A DNA stretch of 64,000 bases from Pelomyxa schiedti (taxonomy: Eukaryota > Protista > Evosea), in the NCBI GenBank assembly GCA_020536535.1, contig JAHLWZ010000041.1, positions 1-64,000 on the forward strand, in the 5' to 3' direction. The position numbers and the translations under genes were made by a program. Shown here in pieces: positions 37,920 through 50,600 of this stretch (position 1 is its first letter; each line of letters starts with the position of its first letter). The notes under the pieces were generated by a model, which was not told where the DNA came from, did not search any database, and saw nothing but the letters and a program-made list of their open reading frames with translations.

Positions 37920-40848
37920 TTAGTAGACAGGGCGAGTCCAATGTGTGGTTTTCGTGTTGTGGTCAATGTAGAATGTCCTCCCGGATTTATCTCGTGACTC
38001 TTCCCAGCCAGGAGGCAGAGGAGTGGTGGTTGTGGTAGAGGGAAGCGGTGGTGTCATCGTCATTGTCATTGTCATTGTGGGATGTGTTTGCGGTTGTGCT
38101 GCGAGGCCGCTGCTTGTGCCCCAAGGCGTGGGCTGTTGCTGTGGCATAGGGGGCGTGGTGGGTGATGTTGAGGGTCCCCAAGCGGTCTGCGGCGTCGCGG
38201 AGGTTGCAGCGCCCCAGGGTGTCTGCGGCGCGGTGGATGTTGCCCCTCCCCACCCCGGGGATGGTGTTGGGTTTGGGTTTGTTAGGGTGGAGGCCGATCC
38301 CCAGGTGGGCTGCGTGGGCGTGGGCGTGGGTGTGGGTGTGGGGGTTGGTGTGTATTGGGTTTGGGGAGTGGTGTGAGGAATGCCGTACTGTGTCACGGGA
38401 TTGTAGGAGGAGGAGGGGGAGGGCAAGGGAGAGGGAGAGGGATTTATTTGAGGGTATAGAGATGACAGCTCGGGGTACATGGCGTTACTGGTTGGAGGTG
38501 TTGCGGGCGGCTAAACAGGGCATTAGGTGTGAAAACAGAGAACAATCTGTGCACTTACAGGGGGTGTTGGGTGAGCACCATACGTTGCATTATAGGCGTT
38601 GCTAAGTCTAGCCCATCCTGAGCTTGTGCTGCTGACTGGAAGATTTTGGTGTGGTTGTGGTACTGGAGGTTGTGTTCCTCGGGACTAGTATTTGTAAAAA
38701 GGCAAGAAAAGGAAAGTAGCAACGCAAACTTGGGCAATTAGTGCCGAAAGAGCCTGATCCCATTTTGCCATAGGACGTGATGGCTGCTGTTGAGGGGGTT
38801 GCATATTAGGCTGGAACATACCTGACCAAGATTGAGATTGTGGTGGTTGAGTTTGTGGTTGTGGTGAGGAAGTTTGCGGGTACGGAAGTGAGGGATATGT
38901 TGACTGCTGATAGCTTGTTGTTAGATAAGAGGGATTTCCAGGAGTCTGTGAGGCATAAGTATTTGGAGTTTGTGGAGAGGAAGGAATAGTCGGCTGAAAT
39001 GGAGGCTGTGAATAGGTTTGTGAAACGGGAGCTGGTGAGTAAGACGTATAAGGAGGTTGGGTCATGGAGGAAGTCAGTGGTGTGGATGTAAAGGATGATT
39101 GTGAAGTCGGGGTGGATGCAAACCCTGGTTGTTGTATGTTTGTCGAAAATGCAGTGTTTGGTGTAGAATATGAAGGCTGAGATGTTGGCAACGCGTAGCT
39201 TGATTGAGTGGTAGGCAACTGGTTGTAAGTTTGCTGCGTACCTGGTGATGTGTATGTTGGCTGGGTGCTTGGTGATGTATATGTAGGCTGCGTGATTGGT
39301 GGTGTGTATGTGAACGAGGTTGAAGGTGTGATAGTGGGGGTCGGAGAAATTGCTAGATTGGGAGTAAGAGGCGATTGATATAGTGGTTGAGGGGATGATG
39401 GAAGTGGTGGAGTTACAAGTGGTTGTGATTGCGTTAGGCTTGGTGGGAGTGTTGGAGTTGTGACAGAGGGTGGTAAGTTGGAAGGTGGGAGTGTTTGTTG
39501 TGTCTGCGGAAGTGGTTGTGCCGAAACAAGAGTCTGGCTTGATTGGGATGCTGAAGGGTAAGCAAAAGCTCTAAATAACTTGTAAAAGACAATACAATAA
39601 AAGTAACAGAATTACATAGGTTTGACTTCGCTAAGTGGGTTTGGAAACCCTGTCAGTAGGGGTACTCCTCCAGTATCCCCTATGTAAAATAAAATTAGGC
39701 TCTCAGGAAAATAGTTTTACCTGACCCTCTATTCGCTCCCCCTTTCATCTGCCCAATGTGGGGAATGTTGCACAATATAATTTCTCCCTCGATGTTGCAT
39801 TTGCGTGTTGACTGTATCTCTTCCTGAAAGTGGGACGATACTATGGGAGAATACGCAGTTAGTGCCTTTCCAATATCAACCTGCACATGTAAGGAAACAG
39901 AAAAAGAGGGAAACAATTCAACCGAAGCATATCCTAAATCAGGACCTGCCTTCTGATTTCGGATTTTGAAGATGACACTTTCGGACATTAGAGTTCTTAA
40001 GGACCCTTCCACTCTCAAAGGCTCAAGTTGTCTCCATACAGCACTTGCACACGGAGGTGTGCGCTTGATTTGCCTCACATCCCTTTGGAAAGTGGGAACT
40101 TTATTTAAAATCAGGAAAGCGTACCCAGAGTAGAAATACTCCAGAAACGGCTCGAAGAGAGGATCGGAAAAAGGCTTCACGCAAATGTTGTCAAATCCAA
40201 TAAAAATGGAATCGCATAGAAGGTCCATCTCCACGTCAAGATCTAGTACACCAACGGTCCCATGAGCCTGTAGACTTTGATTGACATTTTAATGTGAAAG
40301 TGGAACAAACATCAAGAACACTCAAGGTCAAGTGCGATGGCCCAGTTGCTATAGAAAGAAGGGATATTGATGTTCCGCCAAGGCAATCATCAGTTCCAAA
40401 CATTGTCACTCCAAAAAGGTCTGGTAGAGACTAAGAAATATTCCACTATGTGCACCAACCTAATCTAAACATCTTTTGCCCTAGACCCTCAGCGTGCCTT
40501 GTAGCATACTCAAATGTTTCTGACTTTTGTTAGGAAAATGAGAAGACTGTTTTTTTCTTTAAATAAAAGACGTGTTCATACGGTCCAAGGTCCATTGTAC
40601 AGTTGCCCCTGTGGAACAAAGTTAACAAAGACATGTGACTTCGATTTCCACAAACCCCTTCTTCCCTGCTCAGTTTGAAATAGTCTTTCGTTATCCCAGT
40701 TGCACTTTACATAGCAATCATAACCACTCGCCTTGGCATTCAACATGCTAGCAGCAGTAAAAACAAAAACTAACTACCAAAAACCAAACACAAACCTGGC
40801 ACTCAAACGAAACACCCGAACTTTGAATTTTGCACAGACACCGTCCAT
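37920..40848 (-). CDS. C2-like domains + long Pro/Ser/Thr/Gln-rich linker + C-terminal WW domain (reminiscent of Dictyostelium DwwA)
   Basis: [17 protein letters not shown] and LGYASVELF (C2-like); [31 protein letters not shown] (WW). Confidence 0.8.
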
Positions 40849-40952
40849 GGCTGTGATGATGTCTGTTGGCTTTCCTTTTTTTTTTCTTTTATGTTGTTGT
40901 AACTTCCGAAAAACGGGATCTAGCATCATTCCCCAAAAACACTATTGAGTAT

Positions 40953-42677
40953 TTAGGGGAGGCACAATTCTGGCTCATCCCGTTTCTCTAGTGAGCTTTT
41001 GGTTGGAAACATCTCACATAGTAGTGATTGTAGGTATGCAATCTCCTTGTCTGATTGGGCATCGAACTCGAGGTCATCTTGTAGGCACACACAGAAGGGC
41101 CGCATGGATTTTAGCTTTGACCAAAGTGCAGTGTTCAATGTGTGATTGGCAGTCCATGCCCCGCCAAAGTTAGGAGAACGCTCTTTCTTTTTAAGAGTTA
41201 GAGAGGAAAGAATACAACTGGAGAGGAGGATACAGTAGCCCCAAATTCTTCAATAGCCACGTTGGCATGTATGAAGGGAAAGGCGGTATCACGTTCCTGT
41301 CTAAACCTATTTCGTGAGGTTCTGTCAAATTCTACATCATGGAACTGAGTTAATATAAATTGCAAGAAACAGAGATCAACCTGTGTGCCATCTCGAGTAC
41401 ATTACATCAGCAATCTCTTTTTTAATAAAATAGCAGTGATGTCCAGCGTAATTGTGTTTCACAGGACTTGTGGAATTTGGATAGTAGTAGGAGTTTATCA
41501 TCTCATTTGAGAAGCCCACACTCTTGTGCCAGATGTTTGTTTTCATTCTTTCCACTTCTGGGGCACTGAGAACGTTTTATATATTTATCATACTTCTTTA
41601 ATATTATCTAATTTGTGTTCAATTACACAAATCCATCCATGTAAAGCTGAGAGGAGAATGAGGGGTAGGAAAACTGTAAAAAGAAAGAAACCTTCAAATG
41701 CCCCGTTTCTAAATCTACAAAGTGAGCCTTGGGAGTAGGTCTTAAACAGAGGAGTAAGTAAATAACGAGGGAAAGGACAAATGGCAGACTTTGCAATGAA
41801 GAAGTCGTCATTTAGGTAAAGAAAGCATGGTGCCACTCCTGGAAAAACTTAATTTCGAAGTACTCGCCTAAGTAAGATACCTGGAATTTTATGGAGATGC
41901 GCTTCAATTGCATTCGAATTGAATGTAGGTAAGTCTTCCTTATTAGGAAATATTTGATCGTGAGTGACAAGACGAAATCGGGAGGCACTAGTGTTGAGCC
42001 AAGTTGGCACCTGGAGATTACTCAGTAACATTCTCTTGGGAGAAACTATACCTGGCCATTAGTAACAAGAATAATATTTCTTATATAAGGCATAAAGGTT
42101 TCAACCGACCGCATTGAAAACCTTCCTTGAGGTGAGTGCTCTTTTCGAAGCAAAAAGGTGAGTTAACTAACCTTAGTATGCCATATTCACGAAATCTTCT
42201 AGCCAGATCCAAGCTCACATGTTGTTTGTATCTGGGAATGGATATTTGGATTGGGTTCTGAACGTACTTGAAGCTACTTGTTGAGAAGCTCAACTTGTTT
42301 TGGGTCACTTCCATTTACCCACGTGTAGACCACGTCAATGACATCACATAGTTCTGGCTCGTCTTCCTCAAACGAGCTGACAGAATTTTCATCCACTGAT
42401 GGCACTCCTTTGGCTTTATGCAGCTTTGCCTGCCAGATTTCATTGAGTTCATGGGAGAATAGTACAAACGAGGGGTTTTCGAATCGGTTGTGTGTGCGCA
42501 GTTCAATACATCGTGGAGATGAGGCAGCCCCTCAATGTCGCCAAAGTCATTTTGAACCGGTTCATAGTAGTACCACAGAGCAACATTGACCAGCAACCAC
42601 GTCATAGCAAACAACGGCAGTACCACCCATCTCAACGGAACACCAAAGATCCGGCCACGTGGCCCCCCACACGACAT
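40953..42677 (-). CDS. Stealth-family hexose-1-phosphate transferase (GNPTAB/Gpt-like), type II membrane protein
   Basis: N-terminal TM; CR1 IDVVYTWVNG; CR2 VPTWLNT...VTHDQIFPNKEDLPTFNSNAIEAHLHKIPG|...FLYLNDDFF; CR4 FCVCLQDD...EMFPTKSSLEK. Confidence 0.9.
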
Positions 42678-42964
42678 TAATTGCGCTGTTTTTGATGAAA
42701 TCCTCCACATGGCAGTTCTACATTAATGGCACTCATTCACTTTGCTCCCGAAGCATGTTTAGCAGAAGGCCTCGAGTGGAGCCCCGTGTCGTACCCAAAT
42801 TGAAGAATGTCGAGATGCTATTCCTGGAATCCCCTCCCAAGTTGGGGTCGCATTTAACCGAGAGGCGAAGCAACAGAAGGAAAAAAACAAAAAAAAACAA
42901 AACCAAGACACACACCACCACCACCAACAACACAACCGTAGCCCGACCGACCCATAATATTGCA

Positions 42965-44947
42965 ATGGCAACAAGACTACCCGTACGCAGCGGCGGCGCC
43001 GCCACCAGCAGCAGCACCTCAATGTTCCCCGCGCCCGCAGTCCTCAGCACGGCCCCGCCCCCAGCGCCCCCAGGGGTCACGCCGGTAGTATTCCGGAATC
43101 CAAACCTCACAGGGTCCGGCCCCAGAGCAGACACACCCACCACCCCCACGGGCACTCCCATAATGGGGCGCGGCACGGGTATGATCATGCCCGCGGTGAT
43201 TAAGAAGGAGGACCCGTACACCCCGCAGTCTACTGGTCCCGTGGTGCTCAACAGGCCGACGGAGCACGGCGCCGCGGCGTTGGGAGCTCAGAACCAGCCC
43301 CCGCTCGCAGTGACCAAGCAGCCGCCTCAGGAGCAGGCGCAGCCGCTGTCCCATAATGCGGCGCAGTACCAACCTAATGTGGCTATGATGGTGATGGGTG
43401 GCGCCGCGGCACAGGAGGAGCCGTACGCCCCGTGGCCAAAGGCGGCTGGGCCCAAAGCAGTGCCCTCACAAACGCCGAGTTATGGGAATACTGGGACTGA
43501 TACGAGTGGAATGGGATTCCATGGAAGCGGGGGAGTAGTAGTACCGGGAGGAGGAGGAAATGGAGTAGTAAGCGGAACAAAGAGGGATGCACCTGCGAAT
43601 ACTAATACAGGAGCCAAGACTCCTCAAGGTTTCCTCGAGTCTGTTCACATTCGCGCGAAGGCGGATATTGCGGGATTGCTTTCGCAGAAGGGGGGCGAGG
43701 ATTTGGCTTCCACACTCACAACAAAGAAATTGCAGCCGGTGACTGAGGGTTTTCTCCTCTCCAAGGAGCTTCTGGGTGACGTTCGCTCGGAGTCATTGCC
43801 TTATTCTCACAAGGCTTCCGCTAATGCGATGATATCTGATATGTTATCCAAGAGTGCCGAGACACTAGCCACGTCTGTTGACAATTTGAACCAGCAAATA
43901 CAGAGTCTTACCATGGAGGAGAAAAGACATGCTATAGAAACAGAGCGTACTGAGGAGAGGGAAAAGGAATTAATGGAGGAATTGGAACGGACCCGGCAAC
44001 ACCTCGCGGAAGAGAAAAGGCTTACAGATGAATATAGGAAAAAAAGAGGTGAAGCAGAAACAATGATCCATGTGGAAACAGCCAAGGTCGTCCTATTGGA
44101 TGCTGAGCTGCGAAGTACATGCTCTGTAGTAAAAAATGCAATCGAAGCATTAAGCACCATCGAGTCCAAAGTGCGTTCTACATCCTTGGATTCCTTAACT
44201 GCCGTCGAAATCGGAGTTCTTCTATGTGAACTGGGCCTGGCAAAGCACTCTGAAGCGTTTGTGAAGGCCGGTTGTGATGGACACATGCTTGAGCTCCTTG
44301 TTAAAGATGACATGTGTAAGTATTATGGTGTTACCGATATGGTAGAACGTAAATTGATTACACACACCGTCTGGCTTATAAAGGCTACCGGGAAGATTCG
44401 CGCACTCCCTCCTTGCAACTCTGAACTTACTGCAAGCCGGCTAGGGATGCAGGATCCCATAATGCTTCAACTTCCTCACATGCCAGCCCAGGATGTTGTC
44501 CGCTGGCTTGAAACCAACCCAAAGACCCAGGTTCACGCTCACAAATTCGCCAAAGTTCCAGGATATGCCTTTGTCCACCTCAGACTTCCTGACATGGCTG
44601 AACTTGGAATTATGGAACTGAGAGCCAGGACAGAAATACAGGACCTCGTGGATGCCGCCCACTCTGCGCTAACTTTTTCCTACCAAGGAGTTCCGGAAAA
44701 TGATTTTGTCATCAATGGGGTGCCTCCCCAGTGGTTATGCACTCTAACCGGCAGACTCATGCAAATGCCGGTTCTGGGAAAGGACTGCCTTGTATATGAA
44801 AGTGGCGCAATCGGGCCTGAGACTGACTGCAGCCCAATGACACATGAGCCTTGGACTCCAAGTGACTGTCCTCTACCTTGGACTTGCCCTACCTGGAAAA
44901 AACTCCTAGAGGCTTGGAAAGAACAGAGCCCATACCGCAATTTTTAG
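42965..44947 (+). CDS. Intronless Pro-rich + coiled-coil + two SAM domains + U-box protein (putative E3 ligase)
   Basis: SAM-like LTAVEIGVLLCELGLAKHSEAF...DGHML and MPAQDVVRWL...LPDMAELGI; U-box PPQWLCTLTGRLMQMPV...YESGAI...SPMTHEP. Confidence 0.8.
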   Translation: MATRLPVRSGGAATSSSTSMFPAPAVLSTAPPPAPPGVTPVVFRNPNLTGSGPRADTPTTPTGTPIMGRGTGMIMPAVIKKEDPYTPQSTGPVVLNRPTEHGAAALGAQNQPPLAVTKQPPQEQAQPLSHNAAQYQPNVAMMVMGGAAAQEEPYAPWPKAAGPKAVPSQTPSYGNTGTDTSGMGFHGSGGVVVPGGGGNGVVSGTKRDAPANTNTGAKTPQGFLESVHIRAKADIAGLLSQKGGEDLASTLTTKKLQPVTEGFLLSKELLGDVRSESLPYSHKASANAMISDMLSKSAETLATSVDNLNQQIQSLTMEEKRHAIETERTEEREKELMEELERTRQHLAEEKRLTDEYRKKRGEAETMIHVETAKVVLLDAELRSTCSVVKNAIEALSTIESKVRSTSLDSLTAVEIGVLLCELGLAKHSEAFVKAGCDGHMLELLVKDDMCKYYGVTDMVERKLITHTVWLIKATGKIRALPPCNSELTASRLGMQDPIMLQLPHMPAQDVVRWLETNPKTQVHAHKFAKVPGYAFVHLRLPDMAELGIMELRARTEIQDLVDAAHSALTFSYQGVPENDFVINGVPPQWLCTLTGRLMQMPVLGKDCLVYESGAIGPETDCSPMTHEPWTPSDCPLPWTCPTWKKLLEAWKEQSPYRNF

Positions 44948-45066
44948 TTTTTGGCCTCAACACAACTCACGAATGAACTAATAGGAAACTTGTTTTTTTT
45001 TGTCACCTCTCGGCACTTCAACTTCGGCGACGCCTCCCCTTCAGGGAAACAACAAAAAAAAAATCG

Positions 45067-46614
45067 ATGGACGGCCATGAGACCGACGGCGTCAGCGCGC
45101 CGACAACGACTACAACAACAGCAGTAATGGGCGTCGATGGAAGTACTGATACCGACGTCACCAAAGATGGCGGAATAAGAAAGAGAATTGTCAAAATGGG
45201 AAGCGGGTGCAAAAACCCTGGTGTGAGTGCCATTATTGCTGTCACTGGTTTTTTTTTTTTTTTTTTTTTTCGGTTGGGGGGTGTATGTATTGTGTGCGTG
45301 TGGCGCGGCAACATTTCATGTTGTAATAGTTCGAGTAGTAATGAGGTAACAGCAAAGGCTGCCGAGGTAGTGATTCATTACGTAGGCACTTTCTTGGATG
45401 GAACAGTTTTCGACTCTAGTAGAGCTAGAAACAGCCCATTCACTTTTAAGGTTATTCCTTTCCTTACCCGTTTCTTATTTCTGTTCTGACTTTTACAGCT
45501 TGGAAGTGGTAATGTAATAAAGGGATTGGATGAAAGTGTACAAACAATGCTGAAGAATGAGGTGGCAGTTTTCACAATTACACCGAAATACGGCTACGGA
45601 GAAAAGGCTCCCGCCACAATCCCACCAAATTCAACTCTCGTTTTGGAAGTGGAGCTTATTTCCTGGAGGGAGGAAAGGGATGTTAGTGATAAAAAAGACA
45701 AGTCTATTACTGTTAAGGTACCTGGGTCCCTAGCTACTTCTTTACCTACTGTTTGGAAGGTGTTGCATGACGGGGAGGGCTGGGAGAGCCCAACTGATGA
45801 AGCTCTGTGTACAATCACCTATATTGGTAAAATTAAAGAAACTGGAATTATATTTGACCGGCAAGAAACTTTTTCATTTACTATTGGAGAAGGTAAGCTT
45901 AACTAATGCTTTTGTATCATTCAATTCTTTACAGAGACTGTTGTTCCTGGTCTTGAGAAGGGAGTGGAGTCTATGAAAAGAGGTGAAACTTCTGTAATCT
46001 CCATCATGCCTCAACATGCCTTCGGGCTGGTTGGGAACAATCAATTTAATGTGTCTCCCTGTGATGTCATTGAATACGAAGTCACCCTCACATCTTTTGA
46101 TCAACCCAAAGCTGCATACCAACTCACGGCCCCTGAACAGCTAGAAATGGCAGAGAAAAAGCGATTGGAGGGAAACGCTCTGTATACACAGAACAAGCTT
46201 GTACGTGCCCTTAAAAAGTACAAGAAAGCACTTGAGTTCATTGACTCGGACATCAAAATGAGTGAAGAGGAGAAAGCCAAAGCCAAAAAACTGAAGCTTC
46301 CATGCTATCTCAACATTGCGGCGTGCAAAATTGCAACCAAAGAATGGAATGAAGTGCTTGAGAATTGCAAGAAAGCTCTTGATTTGGACCCGCGAAACCC
46401 CCGCGGCATATTCAGAAGAGGAAAAGCTTACGCTGCAATAGGAGAATGGGATTCAGCTGAACGGGATTTCAATGAAGTCCTGCTACAGCAACCAACTAAT
46501 GCCGATGCACGAAAAGAGCTGCAGCTATTGAAAGCTAAAATTGCTAAACAACAGCAGAGAGATAGAAAGACATTTGACAGTATATTCTCCAAACTTTCAA
46601 CAGAGGACCATTGA
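45067..46614 (+). CDS. FKBP-type peptidyl-prolyl isomerase with two FKBP domains and TPRs (FKBP51/52-like)
   Basis: DGGIRKRI, HYVGTFLDGTVFDSS, VIKGLD, YGYG...IPPNSTLVLEVEL; second FKBP domain; TPR EGNALY...YLNIAAC...FRRGKA. Confidence 0.93.
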
Positions 46615-46744
46615 ACACACTAATTCAACAAGACAAATCACACAAGTGTTGGCGGGTCATTTTTCACGTTTTAATACAAAAAAAAAAACCCCAACAGCCC
46701 ATAACACCCTTCCTGTCACTGCACACAGCCTCCTGATGTATACA

Positions 46745-47284
46745 TCATAACTTCTTGTGTGGTGTGCTGCTTGGTGTTGTTGTATTTGATATTGGTGATG
46801 ATGGTGGTGATTCAGCCTGAGCCTCCTGTGACCTCCCAGGGACTTTCCTCTGTCGTTTCTTATTTTGTTTGGTATAGTGAGAACGAAAAAAGATTGGGGG
46901 GGATGCACTACATGTGTCCCTTTTTCATTAGCCAGAATGCTCTCAGCCAAACCCTGCAAGTGCTCCGCAATTGCTTTCACTTTGGCTGCATGTTCAGCAG
47001 TTGACCCCATTCTGAGTTCAGCATCCTTGGCCAATGCGGCAATGTCGTTGCTAGCACTTTCTATCTACAAGAACATCACATTAGCCATTTAACTTCAATG
47101 AAATCACACAATGTAAACTACTAGTGATTGCACAATAGTGGTGGTAGGTGGCCCTGCCAACACAACAGTAACAAACCAAACCCACCTCTCGCCAGTTTTC
47201 ACGCCTCTGGTATTCATTTGTCTCGTTGAAATGAGCTGTGCGCTTTGCCCCCACTTGTCGTGATTGTGGTCCTCGGCCTGCCAT
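46745..47284 (-). CDS. Small hypothetical helical protein (about 120 aa, 3 exons)
   Basis: MAGRGPQ...NWRE|IESASND...EKGTH|KRQRK...HKKL* is joined in frame by two GT-AG introns. Confidence 0.5.
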
Positions 47285-47687
47285 AATGATAGTTGCTGAA
47301 AAGCTTATGTGTGGTCTTTGTCTTTGTACAAAATATACAGCGGCACAACGGCACCCCGTGTGGTGCTTTGTGTTTTGGTTTTTTTGTTTTTCTTTTTTTC
47401 TTTGTTATCGTTTTTTGCTGTTTCTCAAAAACGGAACTAAAGTGGTTGGAGCTTGTGGTTTACCGTGAATTTTTTCGCTGTTAACGAAAGGAACTATTGC
47501 CTTCTTTTTTGTGTGGCGGTTTAGTTCTCTGTATTGTTGTAGGTAAGATGAGGTGACAAAACTTGTTGTTGTTCACGTGATCAGGTGAACACTTGGAAAT
47601 ATGTTATTTGTACACTACAATAAAAAGTGATTTAACTTAGGGATGTGACTGGAGGTATGATGTTGACACTGTGGGAGGGTTTCTCCT

Positions 47688-50600
47688 TCAAGGTTTGCCT
47701 CTCTTTTTCGCCAACCTCGTGGCTGCTTCTGTTGTCTGCTTTTTGAGGTCTTCGGTTGCTAGACTGAGCTGGCTCACTAACCGCTTCAGTGGCTCTATGT
47801 GTGGTGACTTTTTATTAGTGTAGTGCATCATTTCCTGCAGACGGTGTTAGTAACACGAGTTGTTCCCTGGAAAAAATTGGGAACCTGTGCCAGAAGATAG
47901 TAGGTGGATATCCTTCTTAGAGGCTTTTCGAGCTCCGTTTTCATTTCTAGTTTCCTTGTTTTTTCGGTTGTCTGGACAAGTAAGCCATATACGTCTGAAG
48001 TAAGAAAGGAAATACCAACTGCCAGCCAGCAAATGGACCGTCATTCATTGCCGTATCAAGTGCTACAACTTGATTTGGGTAGTTGGTGAAGTAGTTGGAG
48101 TAAATATCGAGCAATGCTGCATCAAAAATATCGGTAATTGTGGTATTCGAGTCATAGGTTGCAAGTTTCTGCTGAAGTGCCACTGATATTCTAAAACAAT
48201 ACTGTCACTATCACTGTCATGGGAGCCCAACATTAACTTACTTGCTGTGTTCCGAAATAAGTTTCTCGAAAGTGGTAAAAAGAATGTTGCCCGTTAATGA
48301 ATCAACAGCCGGGGAGTTCCTTATCGGAATAACAAAAACCTAGGGAAAAAAGGTAAATATATGCTTCACTTAACTGTACAGTACCTCAAAAGCCAATTTC
48401 AAACCATTAAGATATTCTAATTCGGTCTCTGCGAGTTTGATCAATGTTTCTTGACACTTTTTTTCGTTTTCTGCAGCAACTAGTGAGGCATAGGATTTGG
48501 ATCCCTCTGATGCACTTTGAACCTACACCAGATATTGTAGGCTGTCAAAAGCTTAAGTAATAGCACCCATACAGTGTCAACAAAAGCACTAGCAATCATG
48601 CATTCTCGAGCGCTGTGTAGGGCTCCATTTATCGATTTTGTCCAGTCTTGAGCCTCCTGTGGAGTCGTGAAGTTGTACTTGTACATTCCATCTGTACAGA
48701 TCATTCCAAAGGTTTGTGGTGTTGTTCCGGACTTTGTGAAGTTTAATGTTACAGAAGTATTGAAGATTGCAACCTGAAGAGACGAGGTACTTAAATTTAT
48801 TGATTGCTCATATGTGTACTTGCCCGTTTTATCGGCTACCTTTGTGAGGACAAAAATATCACTGAACAGCCAGAGGTGCTTTTTCTTCTTATTTACTACA
48901 GCAGCGCCCTCTTTCACAAATTTCCTCTTGGGTTGAGAGGCGAGTTTTAAGTTGGATGGATAATCAATCCACTTGGCTTGGATATCACACAACTGCGCAA
49001 CACTTTCGGCATCGTGTTTGTTCTCGTTAATGTAATCAGCGAGTTCCCGAATAAAATTTAGAGCGCCAGAAAGTAAACTGTGATCTGGGTGTGCTTTGGG
49101 AGTGGACCGGAGCATATCATTCAGTAATAGTACATCTGAAAGAAAGCTTGGGAAATGAAGACATTCGATAAAGCAGTATACATCTAGGTATTCTTTGTAC
49201 GGGAGTAATCAAAAGCCCTTCGAGATTTAATCCAAATAGAGAACTGCTATAATCTAAATGCTTTTGCATTCAAGTTACCCATAGAAAGGGTGCTCTGCAT
49301 ATACCTCAAGATATTTCTTGAAAAGTGGTGCTTTCTCCTTACACTCCTTGAGAACAATAAGACTTGGACCATAGTTATTCACATAGTGCTTATAAAGTTT
49401 AATCCAAGCTGTCTAAGGATTGGGGTAAAAAGGAAATAATAGGGTAAAAAAAACATCGATTTCACCTCATTGAGGAAAATATCCCCAATTACAGAGTTCC
49501 CCTCCCAAGTAGCTAGCCTTGCTTCTATTGCCGAAAGTAGTCTGTATCATGAGTGAGGTTGTACATTTCCTTGGTGGATACCTTTCATGGCAGTCACGTA
49601 TTACCTCCATGTTGCTTTTTTTTTAAAAAAAAACCTTATTGAGAAGTGGGATAAAAGAATGTGGAAAAAGAAACCTGAAAATATGGAATATATCTTCTTT
49701 GGTTATCCCTCTTGGAACTGCTTTAAGTTGATCGATAAATCGCTGAAGAGAATCAAATTAGGCCAAAGAAAAAAACAGGGAGAAAGCACACCCCAACAAC
49801 TGTGTTGAGTTGATTTGTATAGGTTTCCTCTGTTGATAAGATCTCCCCGGCAATTTTAGATCGCTTAGCAAGCATGTCTTGCAATTTAGGCATCTCCTCC
49901 GGAGTAACTGATGATACCCACTCGCCTAAGGAGCTGATATTGAAAGATACAATGGTCTCTGGGGCGGGAGTGGTGACAGGTGGCGGCCCTATTGAAGAAG
50001 TATCCGAGGGTGGTGGCAGAATGGGTGGAGGAGGAACAAAAACAGGCATGGATGCAGGAGTTGACTGCGGTGGGAGAATAGTTGTAGCAGGGGTGACTTC
50101 GGGAGGCCCGATAGGAGGAGGAACGTCACATGGGGGTGGTACAAAAAGTGGCTGGTCTTCGGGATGTGGCACAGTAACCAGTGGTTCTATTGCAGGGGGT
50201 CCAATAGATGGGGGCCCAATAACCAGCGGCTCCACGAAGGGTACCGCAGAGTGAGATACTTCAGCAAGAATTGTGCTGGGGAGATCAACTGGTGGCTGAA
50301 TCATAGGCGGTGGTACAATGGGAGGACCAATAAATGGTGGAGGCTCAGCAGGCGGCGCATCGGTATTCGTTGGTGGTAATGAAGGTTGTTCGGAACTTTC
50401 CGTCCCTCCTAGCTCTTGCTCTAGGGGTATTGGGTGGGCTACAGGGGAATTTACGGGAGCAGAAGATTGAAGAGAGTACTCCGAAGAGTAATCAAAGTAT
50501 GAACTTGGCGGACTGACTCTGTCTAAACTCTGAGTTCGAGTGAAAAGTTTTGGAGGACCAGCAGCAAGGCGTGGGGCAGCAGGAGCATGCTTTGGAGGCG

